A DNA stretch of 64,000 bases from Nitrospirota bacterium (lineage in GTDB: Bacteria; Nitrospirota; UBA9217): the NCBI GenBank assembly GCA_963796285.1, contig CAWCKW010000012.1, positions 64,001-128,000 of the forward strand. Reading direction: 5' to 3'. Below the pieces are notes generated by a model. It saw only the letters and a program-made list of their open reading frames with translations. It did no database searches and was not told the origin of the DNA. Of the stretch, positions 39,123 to 49,258 are shown one piece after another (position 1 is the stretch's first letter; each line of letters begins with the position of its first letter). The position numbers were made by a program, and so were the translations under genes.

Positions 39123-40631
39123 TTGGAAAATAAAAAAGGGATCGTTGAAATTGCAGCGGACAAGGTCTGGAAATTTTTCTCTTCCGTAAAGCTCGCGGTC
39201 GTGCTGCTGATCATTCTGGCGATCGTCTCGGTCATCGGAACGGTGATCCAGCAGAACGAATCGCCGGAGAAATACCTTCAGGAGTACAGCCAGTCCACGG
39301 TCCAGCTGTTCGATATGCTCGGCTTCTTCGATATGTATCATACGTGGTGGTTTGTGCTTCTCCTGTTCCTCCTTACGGCGAACCTGACGGTATGCACCCT
39401 TGACCGACTCCCTCATACATTGCGGATCATCACGGCGCCGCTCAAACCCATTGAAGAAGACAGCCTGAAAGCCGTTCAATTCAAAAAAGAGATAGTGATC
39501 AAGGACGGCATGGACAAGGCAGAGGAGCGAGCGGTCAAGGTCCTGAATGCTCACCGATACCGCTTTGTTGAATCAAGAGTCAACGGCATGACCCAATTCA
39601 TGACCCAGAAAGGCGTCTATAGCCGTCTGGGCGTGTACGTTACCCATACCAGCATTATCCTCATTTTTGTCGGAGCGCTGATCGGCTCGTTCTTCGGATT
39701 CAAGGCTTTTTTGAACCTGCCCGAGGGTTCTGCCTCCAAAGTCGTCTATCTCAGGAATGTGCCAATGTGGGACAAGCTCATGGACGCCCTCGGGATCGCC
39801 GGGAGCCCGGTGATCCTCAATCCGGAGGGAGGCGTGCCCTCCATGCCTCTCGGTTATTTTGTCCGGTGCGACAGCTTCGACGTGGATTATTACATCAATC
39901 CTTTAGGACAGCCGACCGGGATGCCGTCGGAATATCACAGTACGCTCTCCGTTTTCAATCTGGAGGGCCGGAAGATCCTGGATAAGCACATTCGGGTGAA
40001 CGGTCCCCTTACCTATCACGGCATCACCTTCTATCAGTCCAGCTACGGAACGGTCCCGGAGGCCCGCGGAAAGATACTCTTGAACGTCCGTCAGAAAAAC
40101 AGTCCCGTGTCCATGGGAGAGGTGGTGGCCATTGATCCGGGAGGTTCAGCGTATGTTGCATCGATCGACAGGACGATCAAGGTGGTTGGCTTCTCCCCCT
40201 ATGGTGTGAGGGACCCGGCGTCGGGTCAGGTGATGTCCTATCAATCACCGAATGATGAGTATATCAACCCGACGGTGGAGATCGAGGTATATAACGGCAA
40301 GAACCTCGCTTACAAAGCTTATGTGATGAAGACGGATCCGGCCCAGCCCTCGTTGCCTGAAGGTTACACGATCAGCTACAGCGGCTACTGGGGTACGAGG
40401 TATACGGGACTCCAGGTCACCAAGGACCCGGGCGTCTTGGTTGTTTATACCGGGTTCATTTTGCTCTGCATCGGCCCGCTGATCGCGTTCTTCGGTTCCC
40501 ACAGAAAGTTGTGGGTAAGGATCCAGGACCGAAAAGGCCACGTGGTGGTCACGGTAGCGGGCACTGCCAACAGGAACCGGATGGGGTTCGAGCGTGGATT
40601 TAATGTGATTGTTGACGAGATTGCCAAGTAA
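39123..40631 (+). CDS. resB: cytochrome c biogenesis protein ResB (system II)
   Basis: FFSSVKLAV, IGTVIQQ, YVTHTS, VNGPLTYHGITFYQSSY, TGLQVTKDPG. Confidence 0.92.
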   Translation: MENKKGIVEIAADKVWKFFSSVKLAVVLLIILAIVSVIGTVIQQNESPEKYLQEYSQSTVQLFDMLGFFDMYHTWWFVLLLFLLTANLTVCTLDRLPHTLRIITAPLKPIEEDSLKAVQFKKEIVIKDGMDKAEERAVKVLNAHRYRFVESRVNGMTQFMTQKGVYSRLGVYVTHTSIILIFVGALIGSFFGFKAFLNLPEGSASKVVYLRNVPMWDKLMDALGIAGSPVILNPEGGVPSMPLGYFVRCDSFDVDYYINPLGQPTGMPSEYHSTLSVFNLEGRKILDKHIRVNGPLTYHGITFYQSSYGTVPEARGKILLNVRQKNSPVSMGEVVAIDPGGSAYVASIDRTIKVVGFSPYGVRDPASGQVMSYQSPNDEYINPTVEIEVYNGKNLAYKAYVMKTDPAQPSLPEGYTISYSGYWGTRYTGLQVTKDPGVLVVYTGFILLCIGPLIAFFGSHRKLWVRIQDRKGHVVVTVAGTANRNRMGFERGFNVIVDEIAK

Positions 40632-40655
40632 CAGCGTGTCTTTCAGGAGGGGTAG

Positions 40656-41897
40656 ATGGAAAGTTCCTTGTTGTTCAACATAGCGACATTGGCGTATCTG
40701 GTGGCGATGGTGCTCTATATCAGCTATCTGGCATTTCGAAAAGAGTCGATCGGCAAGATCGCGTCGATCGTGGCCTCATCCGGGTTAGTGGTCCAGACGA
40801 TCGCCCTTTTCCTCCGATGGAGGGAATCCTACCAGATGGATATCGGCAGGGTGCCGCTGTCCAATCTGTACGAATCCCTGGTCTTCTTCACCTGGAGCAC
40901 CGTACTCATCTATCTCATTGTCGAGTACAAATATAAGACCAGGGCCTTCGGCGCATTCGTGCTGCCGGTCGCCTTTCTGGCGCTGGCATTTATCAATGTG
41001 GCGGGTATCAGCAAGGACATAACGCCTCTCGTACCAGCGCTCAAGAGCAACTGGCTGTTCTACCATGTGCTCATCAGCTTTCTTGGGTACGCGGCCTTCG
41101 GAGTTGCCTTTGCCATCAGCATGATCTATCTGCTCATGGACACGGAAGACCGGGGCCCGGCGAGAAACCTCTACTCTGGGATCGCGGCGATCGTTGTTCT
41201 TGCATTGCTCGGAAATTATATGGCGAGCATGGGAAAAGACATGAAGACGGTGTTCTGGATGGGGCTCGGCGCGCTCATCCTCGCCTGGTTCATCTACCTG
41301 GTCTCATCAGGGGCAAAGCACAAGTCCCAGGTATTTCTCTTCTGGTCGCTCTGCGTGACCATGACGATCAGTCTGCTTGTGGGCATGGGAATCGACTCCA
41401 TATCCCTTGTTTACCACCCCCTTGCCGAGGGCGAGTCATTCAAGGATCACCTTTTTGAAGCAACGTTCCTCAGTCACTCTGTTCCCATGGCACTTGTGAG
41501 TTGGGCTGTCGTGCTTGTCCTGTTCTGGCTGATCTGGTCAAAGGGAATGGGGCTGAAAAAGCTGCTCAAACAGTACATGCCTGCCATGGACATTCTCGAT
41601 GACGTGACCTACCGCATGATCGCCATTGGCTGGCCGCTCCTGACCGGCGGCATCATCACCGGCGCGGTCTGGGCGAACAGCGCCTGGGGCACCTACTGGA
41701 GCTGGGACCCGAAAGAAACGTGGTCCCTCATTACCTGGTTCGTATATGCCATCTACCTCCATGCCCGCTATGTGCGTGGCTGGAAGGGGACACAGATGGC
41801 GGTCATCTCCGCCGTCGGGTTCCTCGCGGTGATCTTCACGTATCTGGGGGTCAATCTGGTGCTCTCGGGGCTCCATTCGTATGGGGGACTGAATTAA
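40656..41897 (+). CDS. ccsA: cytochrome c biogenesis protein CcsA/ResC (system II)
   Basis: PLSNLYES, PALKSNWL..HV, WWD motif WANSAWGTYWSWDPKETW, GLHSYG. Confidence 0.93.
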   Translation: MESSLLFNIATLAYLVAMVLYISYLAFRKESIGKIASIVASSGLVVQTIALFLRWRESYQMDIGRVPLSNLYESLVFFTWSTVLIYLIVEYKYKTRAFGAFVLPVAFLALAFINVAGISKDITPLVPALKSNWLFYHVLISFLGYAAFGVAFAISMIYLLMDTEDRGPARNLYSGIAAIVVLALLGNYMASMGKDMKTVFWMGLGALILAWFIYLVSSGAKHKSQVFLFWSLCVTMTISLLVGMGIDSISLVYHPLAEGESFKDHLFEATFLSHSVPMALVSWAVVLVLFWLIWSKGMGLKKLLKQYMPAMDILDDVTYRMIAIGWPLLTGGIITGAVWANSAWGTYWSWDPKETWSLITWFVYAIYLHARYVRGWKGTQMAVISAVGFLAVIFTYLGVNLVLSGLHSYGGLN

Positions 41898-41957
41898 AGG
41901 CTAACGGCCGCTGAAACCCATCGTTTTACGGGTTGGCACATTCAATCAGTCACAGGT

Positions 41958-41991
41958 ACCGCCGGATATGATCCTTTCCGGCGGTTTTTTT
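41958..41991 (+). terminator. intrinsic terminator
   Basis: ACCGCCGGA...TCCGGCGGT followed by a T run. Confidence 0.8.
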
Positions 41992-42158
41992 ATTTTAATC
42001 GGATTTTTTATTATATAAGAACTCCCCATTCCCTCTGACCATAGTATCACGTCCTGGGGTTTTTTATAGCCCGAAAACCGGCGCTGACCTGTGCTATACT
42101 TCAAGTAGGATGTATACTATCTTATTTCATTACCGTAAACCGGTAGAGGAGGGGAGTT

Positions 42159-42545
42159 ATGAGAGAGTTTAAATGCGCAAGCCTCGGTAATAAGTGTAAT
42201 TGGAAGTATATTGCCAAAACAGAAGAGCGGCTCGCCGATGTCGCGGCTGTTCATCTGCGCGATGTCCACGGGATAACGGCTCTGAGCTCGGAAATGGTGA
42301 TAAAAATAAAAAATTCCTTCAGTAATCCCACACCGATCGAGGCAAAACAGGCTGAGAATCTGGTGATGAAAGAGATTTCCTGCAAGGACCTGGGATTTAC
42401 CTGTGGCTGGAAGTATATTGCACAGACAGAGGAACTGCTCGTCGACGGCGTTGCTGTACATGCCCGCGAGGCGCACGGCATAAAGGAATTTACCTCTGAA
42501 ATGGCCACCAAGGTGAAAAAACTTGCCCATGAGTGGAAAGGGTAG
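42159..42545 (+). CDS. tandem DUF1059-like small metal-binding protein
   Basis: Two repeats of C..LG..C.WKYIA.TEE.L.D..AVH.R..HG. Confidence 0.82.
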   Translation: MREFKCASLGNKCNWKYIAKTEERLADVAAVHLRDVHGITALSSEMVIKIKNSFSNPTPIEAKQAENLVMKEISCKDLGFTCGWKYIAQTEELLVDGVAVHAREAHGIKEFTSEMATKVKKLAHEWKG

Positions 42546-42692
42546 GTTCAGAGAACAGAAGTCAAATGAGGATGGTTACTGCTGAATGCAGTGTCGTGAA
42601 GGCTGTCAGTTTGGTCTGTCAGCAAATTCGCAGGCAACAAGAGGGGTAAGAGGCCTCTGGCGCACCCTGCTCTTGCGATAACGCGGGCACAA

Positions 42693-42765
42693 GCAAAGCC
42701 GCTAAGACCGCAAAGAAAAGTGTTTGTTCTCCAGAATCCTTTGCGTTCTTTGCGGCTTTGCGCGA
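42693..42765. repeat. inverted repeat element with 9-nt periodic arms
   Basis: GCAAAGCCGCTAAGACCGCAAAG ... CTTTGCGTTCTTTGCGGCTTTGCGCGA; near-identical right arm at 30699-30725. Confidence 0.8.
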
Positions 42766-42832
42766 AAGTAGTCCTGTTTTATGGTTTTTCTTCCGATCCT
42801 AAACAGCTGCCGTTGTCCTGGTTGTTGAATCC

Positions 42833-44491
42833 TTACCTCTTCACCGTAACATCCACGCGTTTGTCAATGGAGTAGATGGGATAGATCTTGAAGTCCTGGA
42901 CCCAGGGCTGGATCACAAAATAATCAGCCTTGTGCCACATGAAGAGCCAGGGAGCATCCTTGATGACCCGGTCCTCGGCCTGGCGGTAGAGACGGTAGCG
43001 CAGTTTATCATCCATGGTCTGCTGGGCAACCTCTATCAGCCGGTCAAGTTCCGGATCGACGCATCGTGTTCGGTTCCCGGCTGAGCCAACGCTCGCTGAA
43101 TGGAAGAGCGGAAAGAGAAAGTTTTCCGGGTCAGGATAGTCGGCCCACCAGGACAGCCAGAACGCGTCCGGTTCCCCTTCATTCACCGCTTGCTTGAAGG
43201 CGCTCCAGTCAAGTTGTATGATCTCTGATTTGAGCCCCGCCCGGGCAAGATAGCTCTGGACGACCTCGATGATGTCCAGGACCTCAGGGTCCGCATTGAT
43301 GTAGATCTTTATTGTCATCCCTTCAACCCCTGCCTCGCGGATCAGGTTCTTAGCCTTGTCCGGGTTAAAATTGTATCCTTCCCGGTTCTGCAGCAACACC
43401 CTGCTCTTCCAGAGTCCCGGCGGGATCGGTCCACTGGCCGGAACACCGCGTTTTTCAAAGACCGTATTTAATATGTGTTTCCGGTCAACAGCCATATTCA
43501 CCGCTTGTCGTACCCGGATATCATTGAACGGAGGACGCGTGCAGTTGAGGCCGAGAAAATAGCTGTTCAATCCGGGCCTGCCGTATACCTGGTCGCGCCA
43601 AACAGGGTCGGTCGTGTAACGCTTGTATTCCGAGGAGGGGATCTGGAGCACATCGAGATGTCCGGTCTCGAATTCCATTACAGCGGTAAGGTCCTCGGGG
43701 ATGACACGGTAGTAGATGCCGGTCAGCTTCGGTTTGCCTTCGAAGTAGTCCTCCCGCGCCGTGAGCACGATGTGTTGACCGTGTTTCCATTCAGTGAGCA
43801 CATACGGGCCGCTGCCGGCGGGATGGGTGCCGAAGTCCTGTCCAAGACGCTCCACCTCTTCGCGGGGGACTACATACGCCGTGGTCATGGCAAGGAGCGA
43901 GAGGAAGGGACCGAACGGTCTTTGCAGTTTGATCACGAGGGTATGGTCGTTCATGACGCGGATGCCCGGGACGCCTCGGGTCTTGCCTGCCATAAAGTCG
44001 TTGGCGCCTTCGATCCTGTCGAGGACCCAGGTGAGAGGGGCTTTTGTTGCGGGTGCGAGCACGCGTTCGAAGGAATACTTGAAGTCCTGAGCCGTGATCT
44101 TCCTGCCGTTGCTGAACCGGGCGTCGGACCTGAGCCGAAAGGTATAGGTCACATGGTCATCTGACAGTTTCCATGAACGGGCGATATCGGGGACAAGATC
44201 GAGGTTCTCGTTGAAGCGGACGAGGCCATTGAAGAGCTTTGCGGCTATTCCCCCGCCTTGGACATCGGTGATCAAGGCGGGATCGAGGGTTGTCGGGTTG
44301 TTGTTCAGCCGGAGATACAGATGGCCCGGGAGGCGTCCATCATCGGACTTGTGGCAACCGGCGACAGGAGCGATCAGCAGTGTCAAGAGGAGAAGGCCCA
44401 GGAGTACCGGACACCTTCCGGATTTACCCGGAGGATCCTTTTTGAGACGCGTTGACGAGCGCTTTGAAAAGTTTCTTGGTGTATCGGTCAT
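42833..44491 (-). CDS. ABC transporter substrate-binding protein (peptide/nickel family 5)
   Basis: TLDPA, LFNGLV, YTFRLR..ARFSNG, GSGPY, RVRQAVNMAVDR, W.ADYPDP; lipobox-like VAGC; start uncertain. Confidence 0.9.
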   Translation of the reverse strand: MTDTPRNFSKRSSTRLKKDPPGKSGRCPVLLGLLLLTLLIAPVAGCHKSDDGRLPGHLYLRLNNNPTTLDPALITDVQGGGIAAKLFNGLVRFNENLDLVPDIARSWKLSDDHVTYTFRLRSDARFSNGRKITAQDFKYSFERVLAPATKAPLTWVLDRIEGANDFMAGKTRGVPGIRVMNDHTLVIKLQRPFGPFLSLLAMTTAYVVPREEVERLGQDFGTHPAGSGPYVLTEWKHGQHIVLTAREDYFEGKPKLTGIYYRVIPEDLTAVMEFETGHLDVLQIPSSEYKRYTTDPVWRDQVYGRPGLNSYFLGLNCTRPPFNDIRVRQAVNMAVDRKHILNTVFEKRGVPASGPIPPGLWKSRVLLQNREGYNFNPDKAKNLIREAGVEGMTIKIYINADPEVLDIIEVVQSYLARAGLKSEIIQLDWSAFKQAVNEGEPDAFWLSWWADYPDPENFLFPLFHSASVGSAGNRTRCVDPELDRLIEVAQQTMDDKLRYRLYRQAEDRVIKDAPWLFMWHKADYFVIQPWVQDFKIYPIYSIDKRVDVTVKR

Positions 44492-45143
44492 TGGGTGTTT
44501 TTTCCGGGTGCCACTGAATTGCCAAGAGAAAATTTTTTGTACGTGGCTCAAGGGCCTCGATCACCCGGTCGTGTGCCACGGCAGAGAGGTGGAGCCCCCT
44601 GCCGGGGTTTTTCACGCTCTGATGGTGAGCGCTGCGAACGCGGATCCGGGGAGTGCCCATGATATGCGAGAGCAGCGTTCCTTCGAAGATATCAACGTCA
44701 TGAAAGACCTTTTCTCCGGGCCGTGCCGCGCCATGCTGAATTGGATTGGGGACCTGAAGTCCGATGTCCTGATACAGCCTGCCGCCCAACGCGATGTTCA
44801 CGAGCTGCGCGCCGTAGCAAATCGCCAGCACGGGTTTTTTTGCCTTTGCCGCCGCATTGAAGAGCTCGATCTCGAACCGCGTGCGCGCATCGGGTGAGAT
44901 CCGCATGCGAGCGCCGGACAAGGGCTTCTCTTTATAAAAACGCGGATGAATATCATCTCCCCCGGTGAAGACAAAACCGTCCAGACGTTTGACCAGATCG
45001 GGAATGGACTTTTCTATCCCGAGGAGTGGGACGGGAAACCCGCCCGCAAGAAACACCGCCTTGCCGTAATCCTGGTCAAGGATGTTCAGGTTCCTGGCGG
45101 GTTGCTCCTCAAGGTTCATGGTGATGCCGATCAATGGCTTCAT
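44424..45143 (-). CDS. peptidase C26 / gamma-glutamyl-gamma-aminobutyrate hydrolase family (class I GATase)
   Basis: KPLIGIT, FTGGDDI, AICYGAQLVN, HHQSV, QWHPE. Confidence 0.9.
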   Translation of the reverse strand: MKPLIGITMNLEEQPARNLNILDQDYGKAVFLAGGFPVPLLGIEKSIPDLVKRLDGFVFTGGDDIHPRFYKEKPLSGARMRISPDARTRFEIELFNAAAKAKKPVLAICYGAQLVNIALGGRLYQDIGLQVPNPIQHGAARPGEKVFHDVDIFEGTLLSHIMGTPRIRVRSAHHQSVKNPGRGLHLSAVAHDRVIEALEPRTKNFLLAIQWHPEKTPNDRYTKKLFKALVNASQKGSSG

Positions 45144-45473
45144 GCACATACCTCCATACATAGCGATGACGATCAATGAAGATAGTTATAGCATATTTCA
45201 GGAGGCATGTCAGTGTGAGATTATAATTTGAGACTTATTGTTGCCAAGCTGTGGTTGTGCATCAGCTATTCTTATAATTTTAAACAAGGATTAATTCTAT
45301 TTTACGTCACCTGACATAACCAGGACAGGCCGGAAACAGATAATTTTTTTCAGGATAACGCGATACGCCGGATTATAATTCAGGGACATTGCCTCCTGTA
45401 GATCCTTTCCTCTTGTCAGAGACCATTTCCGATGTATACATTCCCCTTTTCAGAAGAATACGTTTCTGATAAA

Positions 45474-46396
45474 CTAACCCAGGAGCGTATCGAGCACTGC
45501 TTTTTGTACGTGCAGACGGTTCTCGGCCTGGTCGAAGATCACGGACTGCGGACCGTCGATCACCTCGGCGGTGATCTCCTCGCCCCGGTGCGCGGGCAAG
45601 CAGTGCATCACGAGCGCGCCTTTATTGGCCGCCTTCATGAGTTTCCCGTCGACCTGGTACCATCCGGAACGCCTTAAGTCGCTTGGCGTGTTCAGCTTCC
45701 TGTCCCATGCTCGCCCAGACATCGGTGTACACGACGTCGGCGTTCCTTACGGCGCGAGAAGGATCATCGGTGACCATCACGCTCGCGCCGGTTTTCCTTC
45801 CTTCTGATTTTCGCCGCGCCCAGGATTGCGGCATCAAGCTCGTATCCACGGGGACAGGCGATGGCGAAATGCATGCCGACTTTCACGCAGGCCTGGATCA
45901 GCGAGTTGGCGACGTTGTTCCCGTCTCCCACGTACGCAAGGGTGAGTCCCTTCAGCTTTTTCTTCTTTTCCTGTATCGTGAGGAGGTCCGCAAGGGCCTG
46001 GCACGGGTGATGAAGATCGGTAAGACCGTTGATCACCGGGATCGAGGCAGAGCGGGCAAGCTTCTCGACTGTTGCCTGGGCAAAGGTGCGTATCATGATG
46101 CCATCGAGGTAGCGCGAGAGCGTGCGTGCCGTGTCCGCGATGGTTTCGCCGCGGCCGATCTGGAGGTCGTCCGGCGACAGGAACAGCGCCTGGCCGCCGA
46201 GCTGGAACATGCCGACCTCGAAGGACACCCGCGTCCGTGTCGAGGATTTTTCGAAGATCATGCCGAGTGACTTTCCCTTGAGCGTCTGATGGTCTTTGCC
46301 CCGTTTCTGCATTTTCTTCAGGACCGCTGAGCGCTTGAGTATCTTCGCAATGTCCTTCGGGGCAAGGTCGGTAATGGCAAGCAGATCTTTTTTCAT
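45474..46396 (-). CDS. argF: ornithine carbamoyltransferase; apparent frameshifts near 45815 and 45665
   Basis: [19 protein letters not shown], then [10 protein letters not shown] and [11 protein letters not shown]...QAENRLH in other frames. Confidence 0.92.
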
Positions 46397-46456
46397 GTGT
46401 TCTCCAGAAGCGGTTGATAGCTTGCAGCATGTCGTCTCGTGCTGCGAGCTGCTGTC

Positions 46457-47650
46457 TCAGCGTTTCGCGAAGATCCGGTCGAGCGCCTCGATGAGCAGGT
46501 CGATCTCTTCCTCGCTGATGATGAGCGGCGGCATGAACCGCAGGACGGTGTCCATGGTGCAGTTGATCAGCAGGCCTTCCCTCAGGCAGGCAGAGACGAT
46601 GTCTTTGCAGGGGACGTCCAGTTCCAGGCCGATCAGGAGCCCTTGTCCCCGCACGTCCCTCACAAAGGAATATTTTTGTTTCAGTTTTCCAAGACCCTGC
46701 AGGAAGTAGGCGCCGAGCTGCGCTACATTCGGAATGATGATGTTGTCCTCGAGCAGGGCTTCGACCGATGCAATTGCCGCGGCACAGGCCAGCGGGTTGC
46801 CGCCAAAGGTCGAGCCGTGGGTCCCGGGCGTAAATGCCTGAGAGATCTTGTCCGTCGCAAGGAGCGCGCCGATCGGCATGCCTCCGCCGAGTCCTTTGGC
46901 GAGCATCATAACATCGGGTAGTATGCCGGCATGTTCATAGCCGTAGAGTTTGCCCGTCCGGCCCAAGCCGGTCTGGATCTCGTCAAGCATGAGCAGGATA
47001 TTGTTTTTGTCGCAGAGCGCCCGGAGTTCCTTCAGGTACGACGGCGCCGGCACGATCACCCCGCCCTCGCCCTGGATCGGTTCCACGAGCACGGCACAGG
47101 TATGTCCATTCAGCGCCCCTTCGATGGCCCCGATATCATTGAACGGGACGTACCGGAACCCCGGAACGATAGGCTCAAACCCCTTGTGGAACTTTTCCTG
47201 GGCCGTGGCGGAGAGGGAGCCGTAGGTCCTTCCGTGGAAGGCGCCGCGCATGGTGATGATCTCGAACCGGTCCTGTTTCAGGACCTCCCGGGCATACCGC
47301 CGCGCGAGCTTGATGGCGGCCTCGACTGCCTCGGTGCCGGAGTTGCAGAAGAACACCTTGTCGGCAAAGGAATTGGCGACGAGGGCTTTCGCCAGATTGA
47401 TCTGCGGTTCGTTGTGGAAGTGGTTCGATACATGCATCAGCCGCTGCGCCTGTTTCTGGAGCGCCACGACCACCCGCGGATGGCAGTGACCAAGGTTGCA
47501 CACCGCCACGCCGGACACGAAGTCGATGTACTCCCGTCCATCGGAATCGTAGACCTTCGTGCCCCGTCCCTTGACGAGCACGATCGGCTGCCGGCCGTAG
47601 GTGTTCATGATGTATTTATGGGAATCCGCTAGGATGTCGTTGGTGATCAT
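46457..47650 (-). CDS. argD: acetylornithine aminotransferase
   Basis: NSGTEAVEAAIK, FHGRT, EPIQGEGG, DEIQTG, AKGLGGG, HGSTFGGN; next to argF. Confidence 0.95.
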   Translation of the reverse strand: MITNDILADSHKYIMNTYGRQPIVLVKGRGTKVYDSDGREYIDFVSGVAVCNLGHCHPRVVVALQKQAQRLMHVSNHFHNEPQINLAKALVANSFADKVFFCNSGTEAVEAAIKLARRYAREVLKQDRFEIITMRGAFHGRTYGSLSATAQEKFHKGFEPIVPGFRYVPFNDIGAIEGALNGHTCAVLVEPIQGEGGVIVPAPSYLKELRALCDKNNILLMLDEIQTGLGRTGKLYGYEHAGILPDVMMLAKGLGGGMPIGALLATDKISQAFTPGTHGSTFGGNPLACAAAIASVEALLEDNIIIPNVAQLGAYFLQGLGKLKQKYSFVRDVRGQGLLIGLELDVPCKDIVSACLREGLLINCTMDTVLRFMPPLIISEEEIDLLIEALDRIFAKR

Positions 47651-47765
47651 TGGTCGAAAGTAACATAACTGCCTTGAAAAATCAAACAGAAAGTGCTCTT
47701 AATAACCCCTTGTCTTTACACCGGAGTGATGATATTCTATGCCAATTATCATAGCGTAATAATCG

Positions 47766-47788
47766 GTAGCCGCAGGCTTTAGCCTGCG
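47766..47788 (+). repeat. GTAG-type REP-like palindrome
   Basis: GTAGC-CGCAGGCT-TT-AGCCTGCG. Confidence 0.7.
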
Positions 47789-47807
47789 CCGTCAAGGGGG
47801 CTGAATT

Positions 47808-48080
47808 GTGGCTGATCTTCGATCATTCAAGCAAGACATTCAGTCCCTGGTCAGTAAGTTCGGGCAGGACAAAAACCACTACCTCCAGAAGGGCTATCCC
47901 GAGGCCCAGGTGCGGATCGACTTCCTGAATCCTTTCTTCGATGCCCTCGGCTGGGACATCGAGAACAAGGCCCACAAGCCGCCCCATGAACGCGACGTGA
48001 TCGTCGAGCTTTCCCCTGAAACATCCCTTTGGCCTGATTACAACTTCCGCATTAACGGCAATACCAAATTCTTCGTCGAA
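47808..48080 (+). pseudogene. N-terminal fragment of a restriction-modification endonuclease (HsdR-N / type IIG-like)
   Basis: EAQVRIDFLNPFFDALGWD...PDY.F...KFFVE; similarity breaks where the PD-(D/E)xK EAK motif is expected. Confidence 0.7.
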
Positions 48081-48455
48081 AGAGGTTCCAATACGGAATT
48101 CATCCAATTTCTTTTTAGCCAAAGGCTCATGTGGAGAAGTAAGAACACAGCTTTATGCAGCGTTGGACCGGGCATACGTTACGCCGGAGGAATTTCGAGC
48201 GGGAAAAGAACTTTGCGTGGACGTATCAGGCCAAATTTGAGGTTTGATCCAGTATCTGAAAGGTTCGCGACTCAAGGGTGAAAAATTCAAAACCGGATAT
48301 AAAAGCTTCCGTGACGAGGAGCAGGAGGCTGTGCAGTCATTTTATGATCAAAAACAGCCTTAGATTTCTTTGAACCTTAAATCTTGAATCTTGAATTCGC
48401 TGTATAATTGAATTTTGAATATTGAATTTTAAATATGGTTTAAGGAAGGCGTATC

Positions 48456-49064
48456 ATGGGCGAAAGTTTACTTGCTAAAGCCGATTTCCTTCGGGAGATA
48501 TTCGATGCGATACCCGCCATGCTGCTGATCGTCGATAACGATGTGCGCATACTCCATGTCAACGCTACGGCCGCGAGCGGTCTCGGCCTCGATATCAGTA
48601 AAGTCCATCGTAAACGGGGAGGCGAGGCGCTGCACTGTGTTCATTCGACGGACGTCCCTGAAGGATGCGGCAGGGCCCCGGCCTGCTCGGACTGCGTGAT
48701 CAGGAATTCCGTCGGGATGGCCCTCCGGGGAGGGAAAACATACCGCAAGAGCGCCATGATGGAGCTTGGAACCGGCGAGATGAAGAAGGAACTGCATCTC
48801 CTGGTCACGGCCGCGCCGTTTCTTCACGACGAAAAGACCTATGTTCTTCTGACCATCGAGAACGTAAGCGAGCTGATACAGCTGAAAAGCCTCTTGCCGA
48901 TCTGCATGCACTGCAAAAAGATCAGGAATGATGAAGGGTACTGGAAGGATGTCGCGGAATACTTCAATGCTCGCCTGGATGTCGATTTTTCCCACGGACT
49001 CTGCAATGAGTGCTTTGAGAAGTACTATCCCGATCTGGCGAAGGGGGTAGGAGGGGGACGTTGA
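48456..49064 (+). CDS. PAS-domain protein with a C-terminal Cys motif
   Basis: IFDAIP..LLIVD, GEALHC...CG...CSDC.IR, LLPICMHCKKIR...SHGLCNEC. Confidence 0.85.
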   Translation: MGESLLAKADFLREIFDAIPAMLLIVDNDVRILHVNATAASGLGLDISKVHRKRGGEALHCVHSTDVPEGCGRAPACSDCVIRNSVGMALRGGKTYRKSAMMELGTGEMKKELHLLVTAAPFLHDEKTYVLLTIENVSELIQLKSLLPICMHCKKIRNDEGYWKDVAEYFNARLDVDFSHGLCNECFEKYYPDLAKGVGGGR

Positions 49065-49258
49065 TGCGCCCGTTGCATTGCGATTAATGATTCCATAGTT
49101 CCAGGTTTGCTATGCCTGACTTTTGAAATATGTTGCAAGGATAGACGAAGGATGCGAAAAAACCGCGACAGTAAGAAGAGTTGATTGTTTTGTTTTCAAC
49201 GCCCTATATTGTTGGATTGCAGTGAACCTTTTTTGTTCGAAATTTCGGGGGCAGTCCT

